A DNA stretch of 64,000 nt from Octopus vulgaris (lineage: Eukaryota), in the NCBI GenBank assembly GCA_951406725.2, contig OX597819.1, positions 18,848,001 to 18,912,000 of the forward strand. The letters are read 5' to 3'. Numbering within the stretch: the first letter of the stretch is position 1; every line of letters starts with the position of its first letter. Positions 14,825 to 28,944 of this stretch are shown in pieces. Position numbers and translations under genes: made by a program. The notes beneath the pieces were generated by a model. It was given only the letters and a program-made list of their open reading frames with translations. It had not been told where the DNA came from and did not search any database.

Positions 14825-15389
14825 TTGTGTTGCCCGGAAAGTTCGTGCCGATTTATAGTAGCTTACCTTTCGACTTATTTTAGAAAATGCTTGAGTCCAT
14901 AAAATACAATTTCACTACACATCCACTTAGAGCACAGTTTAAGCTATCTTTTCGTGGAAGAAAGTTTATGTTGTTATAACCTGTGTTAATTCTGTAACCC
15001 TTTAAAATGGAAGATAAGAAAGTTCCTTTTCGGCACTTGATGCTTTGGGAACCAGACAAAAATTGCTGCAGCTCGGCTGGGATGTGTTACCCCACCCTCT
15101 ATATTCACCAGATATTGCTCCTTTGGATTTCCACTTATTCAGGTCTCTGCAGAATAGTCTTAATGGTAAACATTTCAATTCCTTCGATGATGTAAAAAGA
15201 TACCTTGATGAATTCGTTGCCATGAAACCACCTCAATTCTGGGAAGAGGGTATTTTCAAGTTGAAGGAAAAATGGAGACGCATTGTGCAACAAAATGGTT
15301 CATATTTGTTGATTAAAAATGTAATGGCAAGTATCTATTGACCTTTTCATTTCCTATTAATATCGGCACGAACTTTCCGGACAACCCAA
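14825..15389 (+). mobile_element. Non-autonomous mariner (565 bp) with both TIRs and TA target duplication
   Basis: TIRs ttgtgttgcccggaaagttcgtgccgat / atcggcacgaactttccggacaacccaa, with TA at 14823-24 and 15390-91. N-terminus MEDKKVPFRHLMLWE (15007) is joined to the C-terminus GWDVLPHPLYSPDIAPLDFHLFRSLQNSL..WEEGIFKLKEKWRRIV. Confidence 0.95.
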
Positions 15390-16868
15390 TAATAACTGAT
15401 ACTAAACACAAATATTAATATGCATATTTATAAATACTATGTGTGTGTATGTGTGTGTTTGTTAGTGTGTGAATGTTCAATGCTCCTATGTAAAGATATT
15501 CATATATTAGAATATAGCATGTTACAATCCCTTTATTTTCCATAAATCTCTTGCTACTCTGTTGCTGTGCTTAGTATAATCTTGTGAACAGGCATATTTC
15601 TATTCTATGATGCATAGAAGCCCTGCACTATATGACTTGCCCTTTTATATTTGCATTTCCTTTCAATAATAGCAACACACGAACAGATTTTTAGTAATGG
15701 ATTCTAATTAACTAAGCAATCCAATTGTATAATTACTTCAGCTCTCATGGAATCTTTAGATTTATTATGAAATCAAATATATTTGCATTTACGTGAGATT
15801 ACGGAAATGACACATTTAAATATTTACTCCATTTTACATATACAGGCAACTCATACAAACACGAGCACATATTCATAAAGGTGAGTAAAGAGCTTCTCCC
15901 AAATTCTCTCTCTCTCTCTCCCCTTCTCTCTCTCTCTCTCACACACACACACAGACATGCACAAATACGAGTTTCCTTACTGTTTATCCATATTATTTCT
16001 CTCTCTTGTTCTTTGTTTCTCTTTCTCTATCTCTCACTGTCACTCTTCCTCTTTAGAACACATACACATATACCATACTTTGCCTGTGTCAGATTGCATG
16101 GCCGACAATCTGATAATGCACGTTTATATGTGTATGCATACATATATACGTACATACTTACACACAGACAGACACACACGCGTGCATACACACACATATA
16201 TGCGTGTATGTATGGATGAATCCATGTATATATTGTTATGTTTGTGAATGTGTGCGAGTCGTTCATTTGTCAGCGCCGAGATTTCGACCTCGCATATCCC
16301 ACTTGCATTAGAAAACAAGATCTCCAACCTGATAGCAGCGACTCACAGCATAAATAAATATGTACATGTATTATAGAGGCGTGCGTGTGTGTATGTGTAT
16401 GTGTCTGTAATACACACACACAACCAACAACAACAACAAAACTTACTAAAACAGAGAGACAAACGTGCGTAATGCGCAAAGAAATATAACATTGAAATAT
16501 ATAAAATATATCATTCATAACAAGCAAAGAATCGATGAATATGTGACAAGCTTTAGAGCAACAACGACGAGAAATATAAAGACTGATTAGAGAGTAGGAG
16601 GTGGGTGGAAGAGCGATATGTTTCGTGATTTAGCTGGGGCTGCATATGATGCGTACCAACATGGGGGATTCGGCACTAATTAACTTTATACTCTTCCTAC
16701 AATAACACAGGGTCTGGTGCCAATTCCTTTGTTTGGGGGATTTGCAGAGTAATTGAAATTATAATTTAAAACTGCATATTCTGCACGATAGACAATTGAA
16801 TATTATTATGTATGCGTGCATTGGTATGTGTGTATGAGTATGCATGTAGGTTTATATATAAATATGTC

Positions 16869-16913
<45 letters not shown>

Positions 16914-17049
16914 TCATATATGCATATATATGCATGCGTATATGTACGTGTGTGTGCGTGAGTATAAGCGTATATATATATATATGTATATATATATATA
17001 GAGAGAGAGAGAGAGATAGAGAGATAGATATATAGATAGATAGATATAT

Positions 17050-17111
<62 letters not shown>

Positions 17112-17217
17112 TACGCACGCTTATACTTACGTACACACACGTACACACACGAATGCATGCATACATATATGAATATATTTACACAAACACACATATAGAT
17201 GCATATATGCACATATG

Positions 17218-17249
<32 letters not shown>

Positions 17250-18191
17250 TTTATGTATGCATGTATGTATGTCTATATGTATATATGAAAATAAATGAGT
17301 TGATTTATGTGTGTATATTTCAACGGTGGAAGCATTATATTAAAATGGCTATCTATGTATCAACTTCAATGTATACACAACGTTTATACGCATATACTTG
17401 TTGTATATATGAAGAAATGAAAGGAAATAAGCACTCAGCACATTCGTTTGTAGCTGTATTTGATAACATGTTGACTCACCGCGCCGTATTATTAAAACTT
17501 TCGCTGACACAAATATGCATCTCTAGATCCGATGTTCAGAGACGAATGTCTTCTGCATACAAATGACTGTACATCTGTAGCTCTGGTCTGCCTAGGAACC
17601 TTTAAGTAATGCGGATCTGGATCATTCTCTCACTAAATAGACATGCATTGGCGGACACACATACATACAAAAGCAATGCATATATTGCGTAAGATTCAGC
17701 TTGTAACTCCGCACGTACGTGTGAGCATGTGTGTGCGTGTGTGTGTATGTGTATGTGTGTGTGTGTGTATGTGTGTGTGTGTGTTTATGTGTCTGTGTCT
17801 GTGTGTTTCGTTTGAATATTTTTTCTGTTTTGGAACTTTGTTTAGATATAACATCTTTCCTTCTGAAGGTAAGAATGTATATGATATTTTGATATTTTTG
17901 TTGAAAATCCTGTTTTACGTTTTATCTTCGTAAACATGCAACTAAGCATTACGGCAGACTGTTCCTGATCACTAAAGGCGCCTGCGCTCTCATAAATAAC
18001 GTGGATCACGGATCAGCTATACAATGTTCAACGACTTCATAATGATCTGAATTTATATAAAATTTTATGATTTAAACATTCACGCAGAACTAACTGCACG
18101 TGACTATGTTGGCAACGTGAGAGACAACTGGTCTCTGGATTAACCGCTTCAGCATGTTACGTACTCATAGAAGAATGAATAAAAACAAACT

Positions 18192-18570
18192 TTGTGGGGC
18201 AAAAAGCTTGCTTTCCAAGGATATGGTTCCGGGTTCAGTCCCACGTCGAGTGTTCTCTGCTATAGCCTTTGGCCGAACAAAGCCTTGTGAGCAAATTATG
18301 CTGGGGCGAACCTGAAAGAAGCCCGTCACATACATATATACTTGAGTGTGTGTGCTTCTTTGATTATGTTTTTGTCCCACACAACTGCCTTCCAGCTGGT
18401 GTTAGTGCATTTACGTCCCCTTTATTTAGCAGTTCGGCAAGAATGAGACTGTTAAAATTAATACGAGGCCTAAAATGTAATGTGACTACTGGAGTTGATA
18501 AATCCGACAAAACGTTTTTCAAGGCGGTGCCCCACAATGGTCGCGGTTGAATAACGGAAACAAGTAAAAT
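18192..18570 (+). mobile_element. SINE family A, diverged
   Basis: atggttccgggttcagtccca..ttctctgctatagcc..aaggcggtgccccacaatggtcgcgg. Confidence 0.75.
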
Positions 18571-19269
18571 ATAAAATATTAAAAAGGACAAATCGGAATG
18601 AGCTACTCGAGATATAACGGCAACAACATCCTTGTGAGAAAACTTGTTCCACCAGGAATATGAAACACAATGCTAAATTTGAAGCCAGTATTCAGTCCTA
18701 CAACAACACAGTCCACTGCATTGGGACGGTCAGTCTTGATTAAAAACCTCTGTAGTCTATTAGCGGTAGAGGTATAACGAAGGCTTCACTTGACGTGATA
18801 ACTCTTGAAACATACGGAACTGGATTCGGACTTAACAATCTGTAGTTCAACGGTAGCAAAGTTTAGTAACTTTTAAATATCTTTTAGTCAGGGGAGAAAA
18901 TAGGGTCCACCACATTTTATGAGGCCTCTGTTACTGGGGGGGGGGGGTGAGAGCGAGTACTGTTTCCTTACAGCGTGTTTGTGGGGTGTTTCCATTGCAG
19001 GATTTTAAGGTATCTACGTTCTTAGATTGTTGACTTAAGAAAACTTGAAATTCAAGATGCCACAACGGCAAAACCATTGTTTGTGTTGAGAGAAGAATAA
19101 AATATTTTTCAAATAATTAGGAAATGAAAGAGTTTATCGTACTTTGAATAACCAGTTATACTTGTTTCTTTACAAACTGGTTATTAAAGATGCGACAAAC
19201 TGTTTTTTTGTCTCTTTACTTAGATTACACACACACAAACACACACAAATATATGAAATATCGCTAGCC

Positions 19270-19440
19270 ACTAGACGTCTTTCTTTTTCTCTCTCTGCTT
19301 ATTTCTGAGTTTCTTTCTATTGAAGGGCGTAGGCGCGAAACGTTACAGACTTTTTTCACTTCCCGAGCGTTAAACTAATACATCTCTTTGTTGTTTATAC
19401 ACTCGTCTTCGTCTTTTGATTTTTTGTAAATTCTTACTAT
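19270..19440 (+). mobile_element. Short PLE-type non-autonomous element with degenerate hammerhead
   Basis: attgaagggcgtaggcgcgaaacgttacagac..ttcccgagcgttaaactaatac, then a T-rich tail into TA repeats; similar to 39930-40110 and 63424-63548. Confidence 0.45.
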
Positions 19441-19521
19441 ATACATATATATATTACTCTACCACTGGTATTTGAGTACTCTTTTTTTCCACCTTGTTTC
19501 TCATTTATGTGTTTACTCCGG

Positions 19522-19580
<59 letters not shown>

Positions 19581-20719
19581 ATATGAAACTTACGCACAGG
19601 AATGCAAATGCATTCATATATATATATTACTGAAAATCGATCCTATGATGAACTGTTTCTTACAAGGTACTACACAAACCGTTGGAATATTATTTCTACA
19701 AAACAACAGTTTTTATTTTATTTTTCTGTAATATTGAAAATCATAAAACTTCATGGTGTTTTTCATTTCGTTCAAATCCATTTTGTTGTCACCCAGTCAC
19801 CATAAAACCCACGGACATTTTGTCTATCATATAACCTTACCTCTTCTCTCCAACTACTCAATCACTTGTTTTCTCTTCACAGATTCATAGGATTATATTT
19901 TAATAAATTTTTGTTCTTTTAAATAATTTTCATGTATACTTCCGTGTGTTCATAATTTCTTGTCCTTCTCTTAAAAAAACACGCTATAATTATATATATT
20001 TATTATTTTTTGTCTTTTTATGTATTTACATATTCATTATTTCCATTCTTTTTAGACTTCAGTGCATGCTTCTCAGTTAAAGGATTGGTTTATAATAACT
20101 CATTATTATTATTTCTAATTGCATTCTCATTCTTCGTAAGCAATTATTTCCTTCTTTAACTGAAGCACTTCTAGAATGCTTCTAATTGATTTTTTTCCAC
20201 TATGCAGAAACATCAAGATGCTACTTATATCTCAAATGGAGCAAACGCAGCAATTGTTTAAAACTGTTAAAAAAGCAAAATCTTAATGGAAATGATTTTT
20301 TTAGGACGATTTTTGCAGAGGACAAAATTAAGAAATGAAGAATTTCAACAAAAATTATTAATACGAAAATTGCATAAACATTACAAGAATTAAGAAAATA
20401 GAGCAGTTTCCTGTAGAAATTAGATATTAGCAATTAAGCATAGCATCCTATGGGGCAAGAAATAGAAGCACATATATTGTGAAACGTGTTTAGCCACGAG
20501 AATACAAACCCAGAGAGAAGAAATACAGTAAAGCGGGAATAAAAGAAAACACTTGACTTTGATCCTGCATTTGATAACGTTAAGTGCGAAAAAACTTTAA
20601 CACCACCAATCAGTGTCGCAATCTTGTAGTTAAATACAGGAAATGATTGCGTTTCCTCTCAAAGAGTAAAGTGACACATTGTTCTATTCCAGTATTACGT
20701 TTAAGCTTTAAGTCATCCT

Positions 20720-20960
20720 ACTGTGTTCATTGCAATTTGTGGTAAGCTTCCTCTACCGGCTTCGATCAGTGGCTACTCATGCCCACCCATTAACCACCTA
20801 ATATTAACCGCCTTTATTTTATATTCACCACCAAGTGATATTCTACCGTTTCCTTTTAAGCCTGGCGACATGTACTCTACACACACATCAGAGCTGTTTC
20901 TCACTGCTGTTAATCGGCTAGACGGACATTGTGGCCAACATGCCGGAATCGCGTTCTGCA
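20720..20960 (-). mobile_element. Possible RTE-type AP endonuclease N-terminal relic
   Basis: RNSSDVCVEYMSPGLKGNGRISLGGEYK loosely resembles the D.CC.QETRWKG.G...L.GYK motif of RTE endonucleases; weak. Confidence 0.3.
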
Positions 20961-21894
20961 ACAGTATTTTACGGTGATCGTACCGATGTCCTTCTCAGAA
21001 TTTCAGTTTTTATGACACGATGTCACCAGTTGACATTCAGTATCTTTAAGGGTCACGTTTGATTGAATTCATTTAATATTCTATCAGTCCTCCTTTCACT
21101 CTTCCACCTCTCGCTGGCATACATTACAGAAGGTAGGGAGATAGAGTTATATAAACAAAATTTCACATCAGTGCGTACTTATGTTTGAGGTAGCTTAGAT
21201 GAAACTCATATGCCGGAACACTGCTGGGGACATTTCCAATCCTGTCACGTATGTCCGATTTCACTTCCCCACTGACAAATAGCACAGTAAAATAGGTGAA
21301 TTGGTTCAATATTATGGCCTCTCTTTAATATTTGTACTGGCAGGGAAAACTTTATCCTTCTTGTTGAGGAATCTGAAGTATACCTGATTGGATGATGGGA
21401 AACAAAATCATTAACCAAGCATAGGGCTTTATAATGGGCGACTAAGTATTTAGGCGACAAATATGGATGCTATGAAAAGGAAACCTGCAAGCTCTTTTCC
21501 CCAAAATACAGAGATGAACCAAGAAAAAATGTAAATACTCCCATTGTAAAAGGAGATATTACAAGAAGTCATCATTGAAAATGCTCTTAAGGAAAAGACA
21601 AGCAACGATTCGGGATCCTAATCATAGAAGTAAACAATGATTATTGCAATCAGATGAAAACGAAGGGTCAGAGGATCTGAGTCTGTGATGTTACCTATAC
21701 AACATCAATGAAGTTGTGAGAAAATATGATACACAGTTGTAGAAAATGCATACACACTCACGCGTATTCATGCATTCCCGTTTTATGCGCATGTGGGTGT
21801 TGGTTTTGTAGGGGTTAGTGTACATAAAAACACAAACCTACAAAATACGTAAGAGAGCAAACACGAATATCTAAATCAATGCATGATACATGAG

Positions 21895-22120
21895 CATGAT
21901 ATTAATGAGGATGAGTATGAGGATGATGATGGTGATGATGAGGATGATGAAGATGATGATGATGGCGGTAATGGAGATGATGTTGATAATAGAGATAATG
22001 ATGATCATAACGGAGATAATGATGATGATGATAACGACGATGATGATGAAGATGAGGATGAAGATGATTGGGTGGTCTTTTCTTTTCTTAGTGGAAGGGA
22101 TGATGATAATAATGACAACG

Positions 22121-22193
<73 letters not shown>

Positions 22194-22210
22194 TCGTGAT
22201 GATGATGATC
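21895..22210 (+). repeat. Degenerate (GAT)n plus (AAT)n microsatellite
   Basis: Direct inspection; explains the Asp/Asn/Met ORFs. Confidence 0.9.
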
Positions 22211-22448
22211 CGAGCATCTCATTGATGATAACCTTTCAATTTCCACCTGTTAAAAAGAAAAGACCAATTAACTAGTTCTTAAATTAATATCAGATCAATA
22301 ATTGTACATAAGCGCGTGTGAATATGCCAAGGTGCAAATGTGAGCGCGCTCATAACTTTAATTTGTAGTAGAAATCACTTATAGCAAGACAAAGACACCC
22401 TCGAGAACAGACACAAACACAAACTCGTTCTTGCTCTCTCTCTCTCAC

Positions 22449-22493
<45 letters not shown>

Positions 22494-22819
22494 TATACAC
22501 ACTCATATATAAATACATATTACACAAGCGAACACGTGTGTAGTCACATAAAACAACGTACGATAACTTACATTAATACCGGTTTCAACTTAGATGTTAA
22601 CTAGCTTCTCTTTCTTGTGTAATTTTATTATTGTCATTTCCAACATAGCTTATTCTTCTTTTCTTATTAATTACTCATAAAATCCTGTGTCCTGATTTTC
22701 ATTTGATTACCATAGATACACCGACATCTATGTATATTTCAGGTGGATTCTATACTATGTCTAAGTAGATGCAGGCACGCACACACACCTGCATAGAGAC
22801 ACACTCACAGATATACATC

Positions 22820-22851
<32 letters not shown>

Positions 22852-23212
22852 CATACATACATACATACATACATACATACATACATACATACATACATTC
22901 ACACATACATACATATGTACATACATACATGAAAGTACCTGATGTACGAAAGTGATAGAGATGAAAGAAGCAGTTGTCCGAAAATGTCATAACGACATTA
23001 TCTACCGATGAGATATGACGTTGTAGCTAGGAAGCTCTGTAATGAAATCTGTCGGAAGGATAACCCTGAGGACAAACAAATAAGAACCCACAGTATGGTA
23101 CAATCATTCGTAATCATTCATAATAAATAGGAGTGCTGGCGGAATGTCCCAGTGAAAACTCCAATAAAATGTAAGCACAAATGACCTGATATAATGATTT
23201 GGGATAGAGATG

Positions 23213-23333
23213 TGACCGATAGAATAAGTACTAGTCTTACAAAGAATAAGTCCTGGGGTCGATTTGCTCAACTAAATACGGTGCTCCAACATGGCCGCAG
23301 TCAAATGACTGAAACAAATAAAAGGATAAAAGA
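23213..23333 (+). mobile_element. SINE family A, 3' fragment
   Basis: gaccgatagaataagtacta..cggtgctccaacatggccgcagtcaaatgactgaaacaaataaaag. Confidence 0.85.
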
Positions 23334-24084
23334 ATACCAAATTACAAACATCTTGATAAACAGGTGGAGGAGTGAAGTTATGTTTTCAGATCAATGTTTT
23401 GCCGCCTTATGAAACAAAGATATTTGAATAGGAACACTTTATTCAAATCCATCAGCGTTTGCTGGTCACCCAAACCATGCTGAATCAGTGTATCGTCTTC
23501 CCGCTTTTTTTGAAAAAAGCGTTTTCCATTCTTGCCATGCTCAAGAAACTCAAAGGGTTTCAGTTTGGTGTTAAATCATAGAATACCGCCATTCCTGCAT
23601 TTTAGTTTAAGTGCATGAACGACAATATTTGGTTATTTAGCCGAGCATACCCTGCAAGGTATTGCTTCGATGTTGTCAGAATGTATGGCACTATGTGTCT
23701 CTCTATCGATGAATGCAGCTCTCAGTGCCAATGTGAATGGCTTTGTGTATCCAGAAATGTACGTAAAAGAAATATATATTAATGAATGTCTACCTCCGAG
23801 TATATGTTTTTCTTCTTCTTTTTTTTTATTCTCCACAACCATGCATAATTATATATTTGGCAATTTGTCTTTAAGTTTCTTGGCGATGATCCTCAAAATT
23901 ACTGGCTGCTCTACATTTATTTATTTATTTTGTATTTTTATTGTTTATTTCGTTCTGTTTTTTTTTTTCCTTTTGCTCTATCATCACAAATATTATATAT
24001 TATGACCATTATTGTTATTATGTTTAATCTTCCTCTCCCGTCACCATCTTATTTTTATTGTTGTTGTTGTGATACAGTCATCAC

Positions 24085-24159
<75 letters not shown>

Positions 24160-24242
24160 AGCAAAGCATCGATTATATTGTCAAGATCGTTATTTTCTTT
24201 CGTTATCCATCATTATCTCATCGCTGCTGCTTATTATTATTA

Positions 24243-24319
<77 letters not shown>

Positions 24320-24362
24320 GTTGTTATTGTTATTCTTCTTCTTCTTATTATTATTATTATTT

Positions 24363-24429
<67 letters not shown>

Positions 24430-24446
24430 CATTATTATTATTATTA

Positions 24447-24655
24447 TTGGTAACCTGGTAGAATTGTTAGCTTACGGGATAAAATGTTTAGCATTTCTTT
24501 CGTCTTTACATTCTAAGTTCAAATTCCGTTGAGGTTGACTGTGCGTTTCGTACTTCCGGGATCGATGAAATATATACCAGTTACGTTCTTGGGACGTTGT
24601 AAACAACTCCTAAGCTCACTCAAAATGTCATACCTTGTGCCTATATTAGAAATTA
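24447..24655 (+). mobile_element. SINE family B, diverged
   Basis: ctggtagaattgttagc..aagttcaaattccgttgaggttgactgtgcgtttcgtacttccgggatcgatgaaa. Confidence 0.7.
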
Positions 24656-24659
24656 TTAT

Positions 24660-25592
24660 AATTAATGTTAGAGCAGCACATACAATCAAAGTGAAACTGG
24701 GGTACGAATATACGAAACCCAATATACCCGTCGAGACTACACGTCTGACCGGGGCATAAGAAGCACATGCTTCAAAAACGCTGCGAATAATTCGCAGTTC
24801 CAAGCTATAATGATTTTTGTAGTTATTCTACCTTCATACTTGCACCAATCTTTGTGAGACCTGTTGGTAGTTGAATTCTGATACTTCCAAATGCACCAAT
24901 TATTATTGATAGCACGTCTACTCTCTTCATGGACCACAATCTTCCTATTTCTCACTTCAAATCGTCGTAGTACAGTTTTTCTTTTTCTTCTTTGATCTGG
25001 TTGTCACTGGCACATGCTATAACGATTATCATACAAGTTCTTACTTTTTTATTCACCACAACAATGTCCGGTTTCCGATGTCTAGTCATCTGATGAGACT
25101 GATTCATTGCATCGCAGAAGATTTTGCAACTTTCATTCTTGGTGACTCATTGAGTTTTCTCATACCATGTCTTTACTCTTTGTAGGCCGTGACTTCCACA
25201 GAGCTCCCAATCGATTGCCGCACTCTCCTGTCGTCTATTGCAATCGCGTTGTACCCGCTTATGTCATTCGCTAACGATTCGATATACCGTTTCAGCCCTC
25301 TCACCGCACGTTTTCCATTTGTCGTTGTCGGTAGTGTTGTCGATTCTGCACTTCACATAGTTAATCTTTAGAGCTTGATCTTAAGCTGCTCAAATAAGTA
25401 CTTCTGTCTCTATCTTCAGGTCATTCCTCCTCGTACATAGCCACCGGTCTTCTGTACCTTTCACGTACGTATCTCTTGCTAACTAACCGTACATTTTGTC
25501 TCCATACATGCTTTCTCTTTTTTGTCGGTAGCGTTGTCAATTCTGCACTACACATAGTTAATCATTAAAGCTTGCTCTTGAGCTGCTCAAAT
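24660..25592 (-). mobile_element. R4/Dong-like RLE LINE 3' fragment with 3' UTR and TAA tail
   Basis: Minus strand: AAQEQALMINYV..RID (present twice), IDWELCGSHGL..TWYEK, restriction-like endonuclease RHRKPDIVVVNKK, SIIIGAFGSI and ELLQKSL*LGTA, then a UTR ending in TAA repeats. Confidence 0.8.
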
Positions 25593-25960
25593 TGGAGGGG
25601 TTTCAAAGGAAATGTTTACCAACAATTATGAAGGTGTACTGGCCGAATATGATTTCGAATAGCCAACTACACACCAAGGCTAACGTGAAATCAATAAGAG
25701 AACTTATTGAAGCAAGGAGATGGAAATGACTGGGTTGATTTTCTTGCTATAAGAAACTGAATTGTCAGGATCGTTTTGCGATGGGTTCCACAAAGTATAA
25801 GAAGACATGGCCGACCAAAGGAAACGTGGCGGACAACAGTAACAAATGATCTTAAAAGCAGAGGGTTAGCAATAGAAGAAGCTGTCAAGGACGCTTACAG
25901 CGTTAGAAAAGGGTGTGATCTGCTGTCGCCTCAAGTGTCACAAGGCACAATGAGAATCGA
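25593..25960 (+). mobile_element. RTE-clade LINE 3' end fragment
   Basis: FQRKCL.TIMKVYWPNMISN..RRWK*LG, and RWVPQSIRRHGRPKETWRTTVTNDLKSRGL, typical of the RTE C-terminus. Confidence 0.85.
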
Positions 25961-26402
25961 ACGTAATGCAATCTATTTTTATTACTAATGTCATTTTTTC
26001 TACTTGTATCATCATGGTCGTCAACAACGTCATCATCATCATCATCATTACCCACATAATATATGCACTCGTGACTGTTTGCTTGTGTGTGTGTGTGCAT
26101 GTTTCCGAATACGTTTGTGCATAATCCGTACGTATGTGCATGTCTGTGAAATTTGTGTAATTCTCTTCTTTATTTATGTACGTGCGCGTGTGTAGAATCA
26201 TTGATCTATTTCCAATGGTCGCTCCTGTCGAGATGTCACATTACGTTTGCAGTTTCGAAGCCAGATGAGTTTTTAAAGACACTTTTATACACGATCGACT
26301 GAAACACTTAAATACATCTCAACCACCACCACCACCACCACCACCACCACCACCATAGCACATCTTCCCACCAATACCACTATTACCAAAAAAACAACAA
26401 CG

Positions 26403-26461
<59 letters not shown>

Positions 26462-26757
26462 AATAACGGTGGAAGCTGCAAGCAACAACAAGAACATCAC
26501 TGATAATGACACCAAAATTTCGCATCGGATTTTCAAAAAACCAAAATAGCAATGGCGAGAAACTGCCAAAACACCAGAGCTTGTTAAATCACCCTTCAAA
26601 TTTTTCCATTTTCGTTGCTGATTTTTCTTTGCTTTTTCCATTTATATTTTTTATTTGCCTTGTTTATATTTTTATCCTTGTTGTTCGCATGATTTTTGGT
26701 GAGTTTAGTTTTCCTTCTGGTTGTTTCAGTTATATTTTTGTTTGAACATTAGCGTCT

Positions 26758-26871
<114 letters not shown>

Positions 26872-27579
26872 TTATCGATATTTGCCATGACGGTAAATTT
26901 AACCGTATTTTACTTGTTTGATTTAACAGAAGACGTCCTTAAAGGGTTCAGTGAAACATATCGACCCCCCAGGACCTATTTTTGGCAATCATTCAATCAG
27001 CCACTTTTGCCAAAAACAGTTGTTAAGAGGACAAGATCAAACAACGCAGCTTGTAAAGCGATGGTGACGAAAAAATCCCCCATAAATCCAAAGGCTCACA
27101 TAGACACACACACTGGCACAAACACACGCACAAACATACACACGACGGTTTTCCCACTCCAGATTCTATCGGAAGACATTGGTGGACCCGAAGCTATATC
27201 AAAATGCACTTTCGCAAGATGCAGTAGAGTGAGATTTGGCCGGAAACCGCGCGTTTGTAATACCATACTCTTTAACATTGTGCCATGTGTGCGTCAATGT
27301 TAATATTTTTAATGTAAACTCCATCGATATTCGGATTAAAATTATGCAGGAAGGAAAACACAACATCATGACAATTAATTTAAACATCTTCCGAAGGACG
27401 GGGTGTGAAAAATCCAGTCTTATTTCGGACTTATTAAATCTTTTTTGCTAATGATATATTTAAACATAATCGGCTATATTACGATGATAGAAGCAGAACA
27501 ATGAATTATTTACGGGAAATTACTCATTTAAAGATATTCATCAATACATGGTTCTATTACGATTCAAATGATGTTGTTT

Positions 27580-27947
27580 TTGTTCTTGTTGATGGGGTGA
27601 CGGTGGTGGTAGTTTATAGTAGGCCCCTAAACTATGGTTGCTTAGATTTATCTTATCTGCTATTAAGAAAGTATGAGTCTGCAATATCATCTAGTGTGTT
27701 TGATACACAAGAAAGAGCATGCAATTGGGAAGATTCCCAGTATAAATGCAGGTTCTATACATGCACACGTAGCCTGCATTTATACTGGGAATCTTCCCAG
27801 TTGCATGCTCTTTCTTGTGTATCAAACACAATAGATGATATTGCAGACTCATATTTTCTTAATAGAAGATAAGATAAATCTAGGCAACCATAGTTTAGGG
27901 GCCTACTATAAACTACCAGCACCATCACCCCCATGAACAAGAACAAC
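27580..27947. repeat. Long fold-back palindrome (~175-bp arms, ~95% identity)
   Basis: 27580-27752 is the reverse complement of 27773-27947; centre tgca at 27762-27765. Confidence 0.95.
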
Positions 27948-27949
27948 CG

Positions 27950-28825
27950 GGAACTTCTACAGAGACAGTGATGTTGACAGACTCCACCTAAGAAGAAATG
28001 AAGGTGGTAGAGACCTGAGATCAGTGTAGACGGCCTTCGAATGCCATGTGGTATCACTCAGGCAGCACATGCTGAACAACACCAGCAAATATGACTATAT
28101 AGATTCAGTGCTGAAGTGAGCAACACTGTACGAGATGACAGTGCGCTCATCAGGAAGCACTATCTTTCTGATGATCTCCTATATAGCACCAAAACAGCTC
28201 GGGTCTCTTACATTAGAGAAGACGTGGATGGAAAGCACTCAGCATACAAAAATAAAAGTCAATGCATGGTTATGTTGCCCAGAGGCGTGAAGAATTCACG
28301 AAGCGCACTCTCTCTTGGACACAAGACCCCTACATCACATATCACTTTAAAGGCTATGCGTTTGCAATCCAGGAGCTTAGGATTGCCACAAAGTGCCTGG
28401 TGAACAAGAGAGAGACACTGACGCCCTTGTAATCCCAAGGTATAACCGCATGTGTAGGCTATGTCATGTTTCTGTGAAAGACAATACGCATATGATTAGC
28501 AGCAGTCCTAAAATATCGTCACGGTACTAACCTCCCCCCCCCCCCTCATGTGGCACGATGTTGTTGCTAAAACAATCTACACTGCCATCCGCAAAAAAAG
28601 ACTGTCCTGAAATAAACTTGTAAAAATCCCTCTGTTATGGAATACATTCATAAATACCAGCTCAAGTAATCCTGGTGGAATGTTCTTATCAAAACCTCTA
28701 TCAAATGTAAACACAACGGCCGGATATTGTTGTTTTGGAAAGATGGGAAAAGATATGTACCATCATAGAGGTTAGCTGTCCTGCACATATAAATACCTCT
28801 TTGAAGATCAAAGTAAAAGAGGTCA
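27950..28825 (+). mobile_element. R4/Dong-like RLE LINE fragment (RT thumb, CCHC knuckle, endonuclease)
   Basis: DSDVDRLHLRRNEGGRDLRSV, MCRLCHVSVKDNTHMISSSPK, RHDVVAKTIYTAIRKK, WWNVLIKTSIKCKHN(fs)PDIVV..CTIIEVSCP. Confidence 0.85.
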
Positions 28826-28944
28826 TTTGTTATTTGAAATAAATCAAAAATAAAATTAGCGTGCAGAAATGGAATAGTCCAGATGGATAATAAAAAATTA
28901 AATTAAAGAAAAGACTATTGTCTATAAAGTATACAATGTAGAGA

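Noticed and set aside
23670-23800. EIYINECL string reminiscent of Tc1-like transposases
   Set aside because: Too short; no flanking DDE motifs or TIRs found
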